Shown: positions 44,937-59,234, numbered from the stretch's first letter. The stretch is 64,000 nucleotides of DNA from Prorocentrum cordatum (GCA_963575745.1 CAUYUJ010000174.1:1-64000), one strand, 5' to 3'. Numbers and translations are program-made. Notes: a model not told the origin generated them from the letters alone.

Positions 44937-46743
44937 ATAGTAGCAGTAATAGTACTTGTGGTTGTACTTGTACTTGTAATACTGGTGGTAGTCGCAACAG
45001 TAGTATTAAACATACGAGTAGTGGTACTAGTGATAGTAATAGTATGAGTAGTAGTAGTAGCCGTCGTAGTAGTAGTAGTAGTAGTAGTAGTCGCTGTTAT
45101 ACTTGTCGCTAAAGGGGTAGCAGTAATCATGGTAGTAGTCGTAGTAGTAATAGCCGTAGTAGTACTAAAAGTAGTAGTGATATCAATCGTATGATTAGTA
45201 GTAGTCGACGCCGTCGTAGTCGGAGTAGTAGTAGTAGTAGTAGTAGTAATAGTAGTAGTAGTAGTAGTAGTAATAGTAGTAGTAATAGTAGTAGTAGTAG
45301 TAGTAGTCGTCGTAGTAGCGGTGAGAAGTTAGTAGTAGTTGTTGTTGTAGATGTAGTAGTAGAAGTAGTCGCAGTAGCAGTAGTAGTAGTGGTGACAGTA
45401 GCAGTAATAGTTTTTGATAATGACGATAATCATCATGGTGATGCTCATGATGGCGATGATGCGTTCGGAAGATCCTAATACGATCCGTACTTTCCCTTGT
45501 GATAATGAAGATCGGCCCCGCCGCTCCAAACCGTCGACATAAACTGCACTTGCCGGAGATAATCAACACTCAGGTCTTAAAGGGGGGATGCTTTATTATC
45601 CGGGGCATGAGGTTAGGAAAAGGATCCCAACTCCTTCGACCCTCAAAGGGAAGGCTTGTTTTCGGAGCGCCCAAGCTGCCTTCCTGGCCAGGACAGGAGA
45701 GGGCGGACATGCGCCGATCCTGGGACAGGATGGGCCCGACAAGGACCGACGAGGCGGACCATTAACACGTCCTCCAAACTGTTTGAGCATCGCACACGTC
45801 CTCCGAATTGTTTGAGCATTGCGACGTCGCGGAGGGTTCCAACGTCGCGTTCTTTCTCACCACCAGGTGGACACCGAGTGGTCTGGACCCCTGGGTGGGC
45901 ATTTCATCCTGACTCGTTTTTGCTGATGGTCCCAGGGCATGCCGTACTCTGGATGCGCGCGCAGGGGGATAGGGGAGAGGTGGGAAGGCTTCTTCGAAGG
46001 AGGCGGCTTCTTAGAAGGCGCCGCCTCTAAGACAAGCACCGCGCCTTGTAAGAAGCAGGGGTGCTTCTAAGGACCTGACCCCCTTCCCCTATCCTCCCCT
46101 GCGCGTGGCCAAATACTAGAAGGCCAGACGAAATCGCCATGGCTGCATGTACAAAGGTGGCGGTCCAGCGGGGACCTGCGACCCCGCACGCCCACTGAGC
46201 GCACGCAAAACGAAGGATCCGTCGAGGCGTACTTCCACCGCCGCCGGCTTCCGCACGCGCAGCCTGTGGGGACAGAAAGATACCGATACCGCCAGCCCCC
46301 AGGCCTCTCCCAGAGTGCGTCCTGACCAGCCTTTCGAATCAAATCCAGCCGCGGCGACGAGGGCCTGCCTCCCAGGAGGCCCAAAAAGGCCAAGACGAGG
46401 GAAGGGTGGGTAGCGGCGTGGGTACCGCGCCCCCGAACGTTGTCCCTGAAATTTTCTGGTCATCATGTCATCATTCGGTTCGCCAGCGGCCGCTCGGGAC
46501 GAGCCTGTCCCCCAAGAGAACGCCCTCGACGAGGCGCAGTGGATGGCAACCACCCTGGGCCTCGAAAACTTCTGAAGACGAGGCCGGGGTAGCGGCGGTG
46601 CCGGCACCTCGTCCCCCTCTGAGCCGCAGAACTCCGCGGGCCTCCCGCCAGAGACGAAGAGCGCGCCCGGGGCGAGGCCGTCTCCGAGGGGCGCCCCCGC
46701 GGCCGCTCCCGGCGGGATGCGTGCGCGGCGGCGCTGGGGATAC

Positions 46744-46809
46744 TTTGTTGTCGTTGCCCCCCGACGCCAGCTGCTGCTCGTCGTAGGACCACCGGAGGCC
46801 GCAGACCTC
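46744..46809 (-). CDS. FZR1: Cdh1/Cdc20 (fizzy-related) WD40 gene, exon D: EVCGLRWSYDEQQLASGGNDNK
   Basis: Matches the family motif EVCGLKWS...LASGGNDN. CAG acceptor, GT donor, phase 0. Confidence 0.9.
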
Positions 46810-46947
46810 CTGCGGGGACTCAAATAATATACACCACCACCACGTCGATTCCTCCTCTCTCCTCTACCCTCCTCTTCCTTTCCTCTATCCTGGGAGAGGG
46901 AGGGGGTGAGGAAAGTGGTGGTGGTGTATATTTTTGGGCCCCCCATC

Positions 46948-46983
46948 CTGCTGGTGCCCCGTGAGCTTTGACATGTAGTGGGC
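46948..46983 (-). CDS. FZR1: Cdh1/Cdc20 exon C: AHYMSKLTGHQQ
   Basis: Supplies the L-x-GH-x-Q needed before EVCGL. CAG acceptor, GA donor, phase 0. Confidence 0.85.
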
Positions 46984-49900
46984 CTGCAGGGCCGGGGGGG
47001 GGAGGCGGCCGCCACGAGCGGCGCGCGCCTCCCGGTCCACACGCCCTCGCGGGCTGGCGTCCGGGGCGCGGTGCCGCGGTGACACGCGGCCGCACGGCTC
47101 CTCTGCCTCCTCTGCCTCCTCCTCCTCCTCCTCCTCCTCTTCCTCCTCCTCCTCTCCTCCTCCTCCTCCTCCTCCTCCTCCTCCTCCTCCTCCTCCTCTT
47201 ATTTGTTTCTTGATATTTCTATTATTATGGTTACTCATTATTAGTAGTAGTATGATTAGTATTCGTATCATTAGTATTATTATTATTATTATTAGTAGTA
47301 GTAGTAGTAGTAGTCGTAATATTCTTGTTCATATTAAATCGTATTATTATTCGTAGTATTACTATAATTAGTCATAATCATACTAATAATAATAGTGATA
47401 TTAAGTTTTATGATTCAACTTATGATGATTAGTCTTATTCGTCGTAGCAGTAGTAGTATTGTTTTAACTGCTCGTGTTGTTCGTTGTATGTATGTTCTTA
47501 TTGTTCTTAGTAGTACCCGTATTATTATTAGTAGTACTCGTAGTATGTTCGTTTATTGCTCGTCTTATATTTCTTAGTAGTATTATTCTTCTTCTTATTC
47601 TTATTCGTATTACTGATAGTATTAGTTGTATCCGTATTCGTATTGTTACTCGTACTAGTATGAGTAGTAGTATTCATCGTAGCCTTAATATTGTTATTAT
47701 TTCTTATTCTGCATACTAGTAGTACTCGAACTATCCGTCTTAGTCGTACTATTGTTAATCGTATTATTATTCGTATTAGTATTAGTATGTTTCGGTTCCT
47801 TATTCGTCTTATGTGTATTATGTTTCTTCTCATTATTCTTCTTAATATTACTAGTAGTAATAATAATATTCCTCTTCGTAGTATTCCTCTTAGTATTATT
47901 AGTAGTCGTGTCCTTATTGTTACGTTGTTCATAATATGACTCTTAGTCTTAGTCTTAGTATTATTATCATGTGTCTTATTATTCGTCTCATTACTTCTTT
48001 TCGAATAATCGCATTACTATTATTCGTATTATTATTCCTCTTCTTCCTCTTCTTCCTCTTCTTCCTCCTCCTTCTCCTCCTCCGCCTCCTCCTCCTTCTC
48101 CGCCTCCTCCTCCTCTTCCTCCTCCGCCTCCTCCTCCTCCTCCTCCTGCTCCGCCTCCTCCTCCTCCTCCTCCTCCTCCTCCTCCTCCTCCTCCTCCTCC
48201 TCCTCCTCCCCCTATCCGCGGAGTCGCGGCCCAGGAGCCTGGCCTGCGAGGCCTCGCATATACGGATATGTGTTTCGGCCACGCGAGGGCGGGGGAGGGG
48301 GCGGGCCCTGGGCGGGCGCGCGCGGGCGGGCGAGGAGGAGGGCCAGCGCCGAGCAGAGAGGCACACCCAGACACCCGACGTCGGGACTTCTTCACAACGT
48401 CGACCCCCAGAGGTCCAGACCCCTTCCCCGGGACCAGTTTCTCGTCCTGGGTGGTTATTGACGGCCCCGAGGCCCGGCGAGGGCCCCCCCCGTCGTGATT
48501 TTTGTCGCGAGGCCGAAGATAGCGAAAAACAACGCGGGCGTCGAGCCGGCGGACCTGATGGCCCTCACCTTCCCTGTCGATGGCGCCCTCCTCCTCCTCC
48601 TCCTCCTCCTCCTCCTCCTCCTCCTCCTCCTCCTCCGCCTCCTGCTCCTCCTCCGCCTCCTGTTCCTCCTCCTCCTCGTGATGTTTGCCGCAGCTCGAGG
48701 GGGTCTGGGCAGGGATGCTGCAGTGCACCATTCCGTCCCGAGGCCCCCTCCTCGCCTGCCCCACGCAGGCCCTCCCCATTCACTGCAGAAAGCGCCCCTC
48801 TTGAGGGACCGGCTCGGTTGGGCCTGCCATGCTCTTGGCGAGGGCCCAGCTCTGAGAATGGCCTGCCGTGCATCTCCCTGGCGCGTACACGGCAATGTTT
48901 AATACATAGGTTTTTTATATATATAAAAAATGATACATGAATAATGTATGAATAAGTTGATGCATGAACTCATCGTTGTTTTGAATCATAGATCCGTGCA
49001 TGTTTAATAGATGATCCACACGCGGAGCATGTATTAAAAACGGCACTGTACACTCAATTTGTATCATAAGGATGCGCGGTAAGGATGCAAGGGCTTTTGG
49101 GGGCCATGCTCGCGTTTTTCGCACGAGGCTGGCCTGCGAACGTCGCTAAGGGTGGGCCGAAGGGGCAAGGATGCAAGGGTACCCTTGGGAAGGTTGCCTA
49201 TCCTTATTATGCGGGTTGACTGTAGTCAGGGAAGTCATAAACAATGACCATACAGCTCAACGAGGTGTCCAGCAAGGTACCGTTCGAAGAAGGACAGCAC
49301 TCCTGTCCCAACAACTATTGCGCAAGTTCACCTTTGTGGTCATGAGCTTCGAGGAAATTTCAAACGACAGCTCAACATTGAGAAAAGCCGCTATGGATCA
49401 ATTCAATGCTACGTGCGTTAAGGACTCGGGCCCTAAACGAAATGAAGTCTCAAGCGAGAGCTGCATGTTGACAAAGAGCGGCCCTGCATTTTGCTAGCTG
49501 CGCGGCGCTGAAGCAAGAACACGACTTTGAAAAAGAACCACCCTCCGTCCGCGTGAACCTCGTGCAGTGTTCACAATTAGACGTGTGCTCTTACAAGCGA
49601 GAACAACATTTTAAACACGTCCCCCATTCATCCGTGAGACGCTTGCAAACAATTGAACGAATATGCGCGGTACTATGGTGACAACCACATTTTGAAAACG
49701 AGCCCCCCTCCATCCGCTAAAATATTGTAAACGTTCGGGCAAACGCGCGCGGCACGAAGGCGATAACAATATTCTAAAACACACACACCCGTCCCATCAT
49801 TGAATCTGCAGCGAACTTTGAAAACGAATGTGCACGGCACTAGGGCGGGAACCATAGTTTGACCCCCCCCATCCGTGAAACTGTTGCAGATTTTAAGCGA

Positions 49901-50091
49901 AACGCCCGACCCGCCCTACTGACACACCTGGGGGTGCGGCAGGGAGGACTTCATAGAAGGAAAAGGGATAGAAGAGGAAATGCGGCGAGGAGGGAACGGA
50001 GGGGAAGGGGGGAGGAGCGAGGATGCGAGGAGGGGGAGGAGGAGGAGGAGGAGGAGGAGGAGGAGGAGGAGCAGGAGGAGGAGGAGGACCA

Positions 50092-53000
50092 GCGTCAGGC
50101 CTGGTCGTGCAACCGAGGGACGGGAGCACGGGCCGATCATACGAGATTAGTCGGGTCTTAAAGACTTGCCCGACTTAGGATGGCGACCAGCCTTGATAGC
50201 AGATATAATAGATGTCTGTTTATATCTGGTCTGCCCGTGCTCCGACGGCCCCAAGCAGCGATCCTGCAATCTGCAATTCGCAACTTTGCCACTGGACACC
50301 TGATAGGAGCCGCACTGGGTACACACCATGGCCCGCGGGAGCACCAAGACACGATAGCCCTGGAGCTCAACGATTTCCACGGCAGGCGCAAGGCCCCCAG
50401 GGGCCTCGTGAGGCCATTGGTCCTGTGGCAAATCTACACCTTCAAAAGCCGCGGCACCCAATAGGGCGGCCTTCGCAGCGTGAGACCTCATCAGGGGGGG
50501 CAGTCTGTAGCTCCTGACCCGCTCGCGCCTTCAGCCTCTCTTGGGCCGACGGGTTACATAGCGTTCCCAAGAGCTTCCCAAGACTGGCCTGCGCACGGGC
50601 AACCGCTAAGCAGACCCCGCATTGGAAAAACCCGGGGGCCCTAACTACCATACAATGATGCGTGAGCGCTACCGACGGAACCTTCCTAGTAGATGTCCTC
50701 AGGAGATGTTCAGGTCGCCCACTCACTGAATCCCGCGTTGCCATCTTGGCCGCTGCCCAAGAGAAATACTTCGCCTGCATGCGTGCGTCGTGGAGCCGAG
50801 CCTCGCACAGCTTGACTATCACCTCTGGCAGCGCATGGATCACTGCACCTTTCTTGGCGAAGTAATCCGCACACACGTTGCCAAGCACAAGCTCCTAGGG
50901 GACATTTTGCCTAGCAGCATCTTCAATGCACCGCTCGACTGTTAGGTGCGATGGGCACCACGAAAGCTGCGGCCTGGCGACACTCGCCGAGCAGCGGTAC
51001 TGAATCAAGCGCCAAGTATCTGCACACGGCGCCTGCGCATCTGTGAATTCAGGCAGCCATTGTTGCCCTTATTGGACCAGTCCGAGCAGGTCCGAGACAA
51101 TCAAAGATATTCCCGGGAAATAGGTCAAGGCCTGGAGCACTGCAAACCTCTCCGCACGCCCAACAGTCTGGATTGGCCCCCACAAGGGCCCAAGACAGCT
51201 CTAATCGGCATCCCATTGTCCCCGAACTGCACTGCAGACCACCCACATCGCCGGAGTTCTGGCCAACCCGGGGCCATCCCAGATCCATCCGCATATACAG
51301 TACTCGCCCAAGACAGCTTATCCGAATCCCAGTCTCCCCAGAACTCAATCTTCAGCTTATCATCAACACGCGGTGGAACCAAAGGACTAAGGGGCATTCC
51401 CACAGAGGTCTCAAAGTAATCATAATATGCCTGGCCTCCTCCTGGCTGACCCTTGCCATGAAGATAAGAGCACACCTGTTCTAGATCACGGTCCCAGTCT
51501 AAATCAGGATCCTCAGATATGTCGCAAAGGAACCCAGGGCACTGGTAAAACTCGTGGCCGATTGTTGCTTTGTCAGCTGAGCACCAGTAGCATGCAGGAG
51601 AAATTCAATAGCCAGCGCGAGCAACTTGGTCTCGTGACCATATCGCACCTGACCACAGAGAGCGCAGAGCACCAGCAACACGAGGACGCTTAACTGCTGC
51701 ATTCCCTCCTCCCACACATTTCCTCCATAGCCTGGTCCATATTAGCCCCCCTCCCACGCAGAAATCTCGATGGTGCTCGATCATCCGTCGAGCTTGCCAT
51801 CGCTCGATACCTTGCCGAACGAGCTCAAGAATGGACCGAGGAGGAAGACGCTGCATACCAAACAAGTGCCCAAGATCACTGACGAGCACCGCGCTAGAAC
51901 ACGCATCCCAGCCAACCCTTGCCAGGGAGAGAACAAAGCACAGCTATTGGTCCCCTTGTCGTGGGCAAGGATGCTCTGGATGCACGGATCTCCCGAACCT
52001 TCACCCACGCCCTCTGGAGCCTCCCAAGGCTCATCCTCTGGTCCCATACGAACGAAGCGTATGCCCTGAGGGGGTTCATGGTGGCGCCGCACATCGGGTC
52101 GTACTTGGCGTCGGCCTGGGTGGCAAGCATGAGCGTGATAGAAGAAGATTTGCTGGCCCTTCCAGCGAGCATGGCAGCCGTTTGCCGTAAAATGGAAAGC
52201 TCCTGATTACTTACTCCAGCGACAGTGGCACCATGAGCAGCAGCTGGCATTAAACCTTTTCGCCACAGCAGCGTGACCCGGTTGCCAGCCCCACGTCGCA
52301 AAATCTGCAGTCTGGGGAGCCTCTCCGAAAGCTGCCTCAGCCTAGCCTTGGCCCGACGCCTGACCCAAGACTTGGCCCTGAGTTGGATCTTCTTGGCGAA
52401 CCTCCCGAACCCATGCCTAGCCGAAGCAGCCGTGGCCGCCCACCCAGACTTCTTGACCTGCAACAGAAGCCCTAACCTAGCTGTGTCCTTCACGAAGCTC
52501 TGGGCCCCCCTTGAAGAGCTCCTGCGCCGAGCGAGTTCCCTTTGGGTCCTGCCCACTGCAAAGTAGAGTCATCAACCAAGGCCCTGGGGTACACATTGGG
52601 GCTGACATGGGTGACCCTGTGCATGGCCCCGTATGTGAGGATGCTGAGGAGAGCCGTAGCATGCGCGCACCCCGCAATAATCCCTTGTCGAGCCCTGAAC
52701 TCTTTACTCCAACACCCAAACGCACGAACCACTCGAGGTGAGTATGAGTCTAGGAGCATCCAGTTTAGCTTCATGGGGAGCTGCATCTCCTGAACCTCTT
52801 GAACCAAGACCGAAAACACCACCGTCTCAAAGCATTTCCACATGTCCAGGAACACAGTTACCGAACACTCTCCTAGACGATCAGCGATTTCAGCCTGCAA
52901 ATTGTGCTCGTAGGCTGAGAAACTACGAGGAACCTCTTCGATTGCCCCAGCTACGCTTACTTCCATGAGGGGCAATCCATGCTCTGGATATGGGACGCCT

Positions 53001-56000
53001 GGCTCTAGACCAAAGTCTGATCAGACCCTCGACCAACGCGGTTAATCTTGTTCCTCCAGGCTTAGCCAAGCGTGCAATTTCATTAACAATTCTATTCGAC
53101 GGCCAACATAGTAAATTCTCGCAGACCGCGAAGAGAGCACAAACAGCCAAAAGCCCAGGATGTGAGAGATACCCGAAGGCCCTTGGATGTACACGATTGG
53201 GCCCGACGGCCGTCTTCCATGGAAAAGCGCGCGCCGCTTCTTGCAACATAGTTGGCGTGAGCGCTGGCAGCGAAGCCCATTCAGCAGCATCATGCGGAAG
53301 CGGGTTGCTCGTATCATCATGGCAGCTCCATAGTTCACTCCATTGTTCCGATTCACGATCAGCAAGCTGGCAAGGTTGGGAGAGGTCTGCCTGATGCACC
53401 ACCGCCTCTGGCGCCTTGGCCCGCGAGGCACGGCGGGCAGCACCGGCGCCCTTCGGAAAAGCTTCGCGTATCCAGTTACTCCAGCTCGTGTCTGCCCCTG
53501 TCTGGTACTTTGCTAAGAAAACATCAGCCTGCCCAACAATCTTAAATGCAATAGGCAAAAACTCAGAGTGCATAAGAATCATGAGAAATTACTGTCCAAT
53601 CATCAAGGTGCCCCAGCGTCGCGTATGCCGTGTGCACCTTTTTTCCAGGACGTTGGTTGCGTCCGTCAGCGATCTCGCCAGTCCCTGAACGGGGGTGAAC
53701 ATCTCGTGGTTCACGATGTGGTTCTTGTGCCCACTGCATATGCCGGGGCCTTGTCCGACCTTGGCGTCCTGACTACATGTTTTAAGAGCCTTTGTCGAGC
53801 TCGAGTGGGGGCGAGATTTGCCAGTATGGACCGCCGCCCAACCAGCTTCTGCAGGTGCTTGAACCGTCACCTGCCCTGGGTGCAGGTTGGTGCAGTCAGG
53901 GGGGTTGAACGCTCCTGCACAACGGCCTTCACGTAGAAATCCGGATATCATTTTGCACTAGAATTCTCGCACCTTCATCAAGTGTTTAGCCCATCTCCCC
54001 GCCTGTAGCCATGCACGAAGCTTGGACCCACGCTGCTGATTTCGACGTTGAGGCTGCCACTTAGCAAGCACGAACTTGGTTCTGGTTGGCCCACCACGTC
54101 CAATATAAGCTGCACCATGGTCACCCACCTTGTCATAGCGATCACACAGCTCCCTCTCCACTCCCACCAACACCATGTCCCAAGCATGCTGTCATGCGGG
54201 CTGGCCCACTGCATCTTCGATCGCGGTCATGATGGGTGTCCACTCACTGGGATATCTGGAGCAGCCAATACGTGGTCCTTTCGGCAACTGGCGAGGTTCA
54301 ACTGGCAGACGCAGCCAGGTGTCCTGGTCCGTGCCTGAGAAAGGTATTACCACTGGCGTGTGAGCGGGCAGCATGTCTTGATCCATGATCTGAGGGGCCC
54401 CAACTCTGCTCGCAAGTACCTCCGACAAGATGAAGTAATCACACGCCCTGCCTTCAGCCCCATGATTCACTCGGCAGGTGGCCCCGACTGGCACAAGGAA
54501 CATGGCTCTGATCTGCTCTAGCCAAGCTTCTCCTCGTAACTGGTATGACTCAACATTCCAATCACCACCCATCACCCAGGGTCGATCAAGAGGGTTGAGC
54601 CTCCCTAAGTACGTGGCCAACTGGTAGAGCACAGACATGTTGAACGTATCAAGGCCGACGGAGTCCTTCAAATACAGAGAAACCAAGACCACCCCGCCTC
54701 GACATCCCCAATTCACTTGGGCTGCGACGGCCCTTGCCGGAAACCGCTCGCCCGAAGACAAGAGAGGTGGAGCAGTGATCATCATGTATGTGGGGACCAA
54801 CACAGCAACTCCTGCACTAAGTCCATCTGCTTCAGTGCGGTCCGCTGCCAAAAAAACCCATGGTACCTATGCCCTTCAACTGAGACTGGAGCTTGGGCAG
54901 CATGGCCCTGTCCGACTTGTGCTCCTGGAGCAGCAGTGCTGCGTCACTGGCTTGCTCAACATATGCCAAGAGAGGGCCTGCCGCATCTGCGTTGGTCGCG
55001 ACAAGCTGCCCATCGACTCCATTATTACTGCCATGCTTCTCAGAAGAATCCTTGCGCGATAAATCTCCATCCCACTCAAAGACCGCACGTGCCGAAGTCC
55101 CAGCAGTCGATCCCATCGCGGGCGATGCCGAAGTACATGGGGCGCACACTCGCGCCCCCCGGGCCACAGCGATTCCACTCCCCAGGCCATCCCCACGCGG
55201 CAGGGGAGCGCCTCCCCTACAAACGTGGGAGGTCACTTGGGAAACAGTCTCCACCTTCTCAGCTCGAGAGGGGTCGACGCCGAAAGGCGATCCACAGGGT
55301 GGACGGCCCTGTTGCATAGTACACACCATCTGAGTCGCCGTCAATGCCGAGGTCGAAGTCAAACTCATGTGGCCACCTCTGGCCTGATCCGCGGAGTACA
55401 TCATTGTGATCATCCATAGCATCGTATATATAGATATATATGACCATCCGCCATACATTAGTACGCCGTGAAGCCTCCGAACTCTGTCTGCGCACGGAAC
55501 AGCAGGAGCTTGCGCGCAGCCTCTCGAAGATCCTCATGTTCCTCAGGCTTGGGTGCACCAGCAGCCTCAAGCATGGCTCCCAGTGCTTCATTACTCGCCT
55601 CTTCGAATGACTTCTCACGCTGCTCCTGGAGCTGTTTGGCTTCATCAGCTTGCTCCTGCGCTCCCTGCACCGCAGCAGCAGCAGCAGCAGCGTCTTGATC
55701 AGGTTGTCCAGGGGCCTCGTCACGCCCCAGTACCTTAACCTGTGCATGTGCAATGATGGTTGGTAGCGCCTCCGCAATCCCTTTTGACAAGACTGTCCGT
55801 GCGCTCGCCGGCACCCAATTGTCGTAAACCTTCCCCCAGCTTCGTCGCGTCCAGGCCGAACGCTGCGACAGGAGAGCTTCCATCCTTACTTTCAGGAGGT
55901 CGCACCGAAACCTTAGCCACCTCGGCCGCCTGGGCGCGCATCTCCTCGAGCTTGGCTCTGCCCTCCAAGACGAGTTTCTGGGCCTCTTCGATCTCCTGCT

Positions 56001-56777
56001 GCAGGATGAGCTGCTGAGCTTTCTTATCCTCAACCAACTTCTCCTGCTTCGAAATCTGCAACCCCATCGCCGCAATACGTCTCGTGAGATTGAGCACTCG
56101 GGCTGCAGCTGGCTTGCGCTTGTTGACCTCATCCTGCAGATGCTCGCGTTCTTGCTGCAGCGCCTGCTTGAGTGAAGTCCACTCAGCTCCTTCAAACTTT
56201 GTGGCCACCTCCAGTTGTTTGTCGAGTTCTGCAATCCTAGTTCTCGTCTTGCCCTCGTCATAGCCTGGTGCTGGTGGCCCCAATGGTGCTTCACCCGAAT
56301 CGTCGTCGATAACCATGGCTTGGTCGATCTGCGCTCGCTGGTGCTGGTCACGCTCCTTGAGCTTGGCCTCCAGTCTCTTGATGGTAGCCTGTGTTTCTTG
56401 AAGCTGCTCACGTGTCTGGGCCCATGGGGCCTGCTTCGCCCCAGCACTTGAGGCAGCACGGAAAGAAGGGGTAGTCGGCTCCTTGTACGAATGAAAGCAT
56501 GTCCCCTTCGATCGTCGACACTTGGAGCACACATCCCGATCTGGTTTATTGAAGAATCGTTCACCCGTCTTGTTGTGCGTGCAAAACCGACAGAACCAAG
56601 TGCGAGGCATGTCGTTCGCAGCACGGGCAGGCGGCGCCATGGGCCACCGCGCTGGCAGGGAGCAACGGCTGGGGCCGCCGTGCTCCTCGCGCGCGGCTCG
56701 CGTAGCCTGGCTCGCGAATCCCCAGCCCTTCTGAAGTGCTGGGATCCGCAAGCACAAAAACTTGTGCCAGAAGGGCT
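50092..56777 (-). mobile_element. LINE B: full-length, degenerate non-LTR retrotransposon inside the Cdh1/Cdc20 intron
   Basis: ORF1 contains WFCRFC...VCSKC and a coiled coil. APE motifs LLQEH, SAGVAVL, GGDWN, CDYF and AHTPV. RT motifs FLDMWKCFE, QGIIAGC and LVDDS. RNase H motifs YADGS and GNVCADYFAK. It has many frameshifts and an in-frame stop, a 5' SL relic and a 3' (TCC)n. Confidence 0.88.
55458..56640 (-). pseudogene. LINE B ORF1 (RanBP2-like zinc finger + coiled coil), one frameshift near 55790
   Basis: Starts MAPPARAANDMPRTWFCRFC and continues in another frame to GFTAY*. Confidence 0.75.
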
Positions 56778-58528
56778 GAGGATGAGGAGGAGGAGGAGGA
56801 GGAGGAGGAGGAGGAGGAGCGAACGAACACCATGGAGGAGGAGGAGGAGGAGGAGGAGGAGGATGATGAGGAGGAGGAGGAGGAGGAGAACGACAACAAA
56901 CTACGACTAGGAGAGTGTGGTGGAGACTGGGCGGGCAACAAAAAGGTACCGCCACCGCTGCTCCCAAAGACCTCGCCCGTGGTGCGCTCCGGCCCCCCCT
57001 CTCGAGTGGAGCATCCGGCCGTGGCGGCGAAGGCCCTCCAGGACGAGCGGCGGCATCGGCACCAGCATCCAGGAATGAAGGGGCCCCAGGACACACAAAT
57101 AAATACACACAAATAAAAATATTCCCCATATTTTCCTATATATTCTGGGTTTTTGTCTTCCCCCCCCAATTCCCATATTTTCCCATATTTTCTGGGGAAT
57201 CGAGGATTAATTGTGTCTGTGTGTTTTTCCTCTCTTGAAGGAAGGCACGCCGCTGAGCTGCACGCATCCCCCCGAGCCGGCGAACGACCCGAGCGGAGAG
57301 CAGCCGGAGAGCCCTCGCCGAGGTTTAGGTCGGGCATGTCCTCCTACAGACGGACTTTCGAAGAACCATAAAATACAACAAAGATACGTTCAAACACATT
57401 CAAAAATCCGCCGACCCTGTCGGCGTGTGACAGGGGCTGCTCCGTCGCCATCGCCGTCGCTGCCGCCGTCGCGTCGCCGCCGCCATCACATCCCCTCCTT
57501 CCCTTGAGTCCGTAGCGGCCCTCGTCCTCAAGCACGCCAGCCAAAGCGCAATACACCAGCGCATGCACAGCGAAATTGAGCAACGCTGTCATTGAGTCGA
57601 GGGGAAGGAAGCTCCTTCCCTTTGATCCCCTCCCCGCGGAGGGAGGGGGGGGGGGGGGCGGGGGTCCCGGGGGGGTGGTCCCAGGGGGCGGTCCCGGGGG
57701 GTGGTCCCGGGCTAGAATAACATCCTCCCGGGGCCGATGGCCCGCCCTCCCTCCCAGTTCCGCCGAGGGCCGAGGCCTCCAGGGTCGGCGGCACTGGCCG
57801 CAAGGCCTTATTGGGGATGGACTGACCGCCCTTTAGCAAAACGTGGTTTAGGGAAAACGACCTGAGGCCCAAACCTGGCGGGCGCAAGCCTGGAAAATAA
57901 CAGCCGAGGCGCCCTCTCGAGAACCGAAAACGGACAATTCACTAATCGACGCGTCACTGTTGGGGGTTCTGTCCACCCCCGACCTTAGCAATAGTCGAAA
58001 AATCGTCCCCAGATCATTGTTTAAGTATTCTCGAATTCTCCTCCTGAAGAGGGGCATGCCCGACTTGAGGAGAACGACTCGGGCGGAGAGCAGCCGGAGA
58101 GCCCTTGCCGATGGCGGGCATGCCCTCCTACAGACGGATATTGGAGGAGAAAGGAAACATAATGACGAAATACTCACAAGTAGTCAAAAAGATCTTCAAC
58201 AAGTGGAAAACTATCCCAAAAATGACACCGCATGAGAAAATGTTCAAAACTAGCCAGAACATGTCGAAGCATCGTCCCCAGACTATTGCTTGACTAGTTT
58301 TTCAGATCCCTCCTGTGGAGGCACGTGCCCCGCAGGGGCGGGCGCGACTGGGGGCGAGGAGGGAGGAGGGAGGAGGAGGAGGAGGAGGAGGAGGAGGAGG
58401 AGGAGGAGGAGGAGGAGGAGGAGGAGGAGGAGGAGGAGGGGGAGGAGGAGGAGGAGAGGGAGGTGGAGGAGGACGAGGAGGAGGACGAGGAGGCGCGAGG
58501 CCGGCGTCGGCCCCCGCGGGGGGCCCGC

Positions 58529-58612
58529 CTGCTGGCGCACGTCCCGGTGCAGGATGCTGTGGTCGCGGCTGCCGGTGGACAGCACGTAGCCGTTCCATGC
58601 CATGGTGCCCAC
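58529..58612 (-). CDS. FZR1: Cdh1/Cdc20 exon B: VGTMAWNGYVLSTGSRDHSILHRDVRQQ
   Basis: Matches the Cdh1-type VGALAWN...LSSGSRD..IL.RD.R. AG acceptor, GC donor, phase 0. Confidence 0.9.
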
Positions 58613-59234
58613 CTCGGGGGCCAGGACGGAGCCACGGCCCTCCTCGATATCAAACTGACTACCTACCAGACCACCCCAACCCAACCCGAAGACCCGAATT
58701 TGACCCGAATCTCGGGTTGGGGGGGGTACGGATACCATGTGTTTTTTCAACGTTCCCCGACCCCCCCCCACTGGAAATGGAGGGCAATTTGAGGCCTTCG
58801 GGTTGGGTTGGGGTGGTTTGGTGGGTGGTGACAGACGCAAGGCTTGACTCCGCATGTTTGTTCTGTCCCGCTCCTCTTCCCGCTTCTCCTCCTCCTCCGC
58901 CTCCGCACCCCTTCCTCCTCCTCCTCCTCCTGCCACTCCTCTTCCTCCCGCCCACCTCGGGGTCCAAGACCAACGGGCAAGCTGTAAAACAGGCAGTAAG
59001 GAACACCGAGCCCCTCCCCGACGAAGAGGGCTCCTCCTTCGGCGCCCCGACTGTACCCCCGACGCTCCCTCTCCTGTCCTGCCGCGCGGCCCAGCCAATG
59101 GTTCATCCAAGACAGTCAGACAGGTGGTCAGCGAGCGGTGGGCAGAGGAACAGAGCTGGAGGGCAGAAGAGCCACCCCGACCATAGCCACCCCGACGCGC
59201 GAGGCCGCTTCGTCAACGCACCCAAAGAAGGAAT

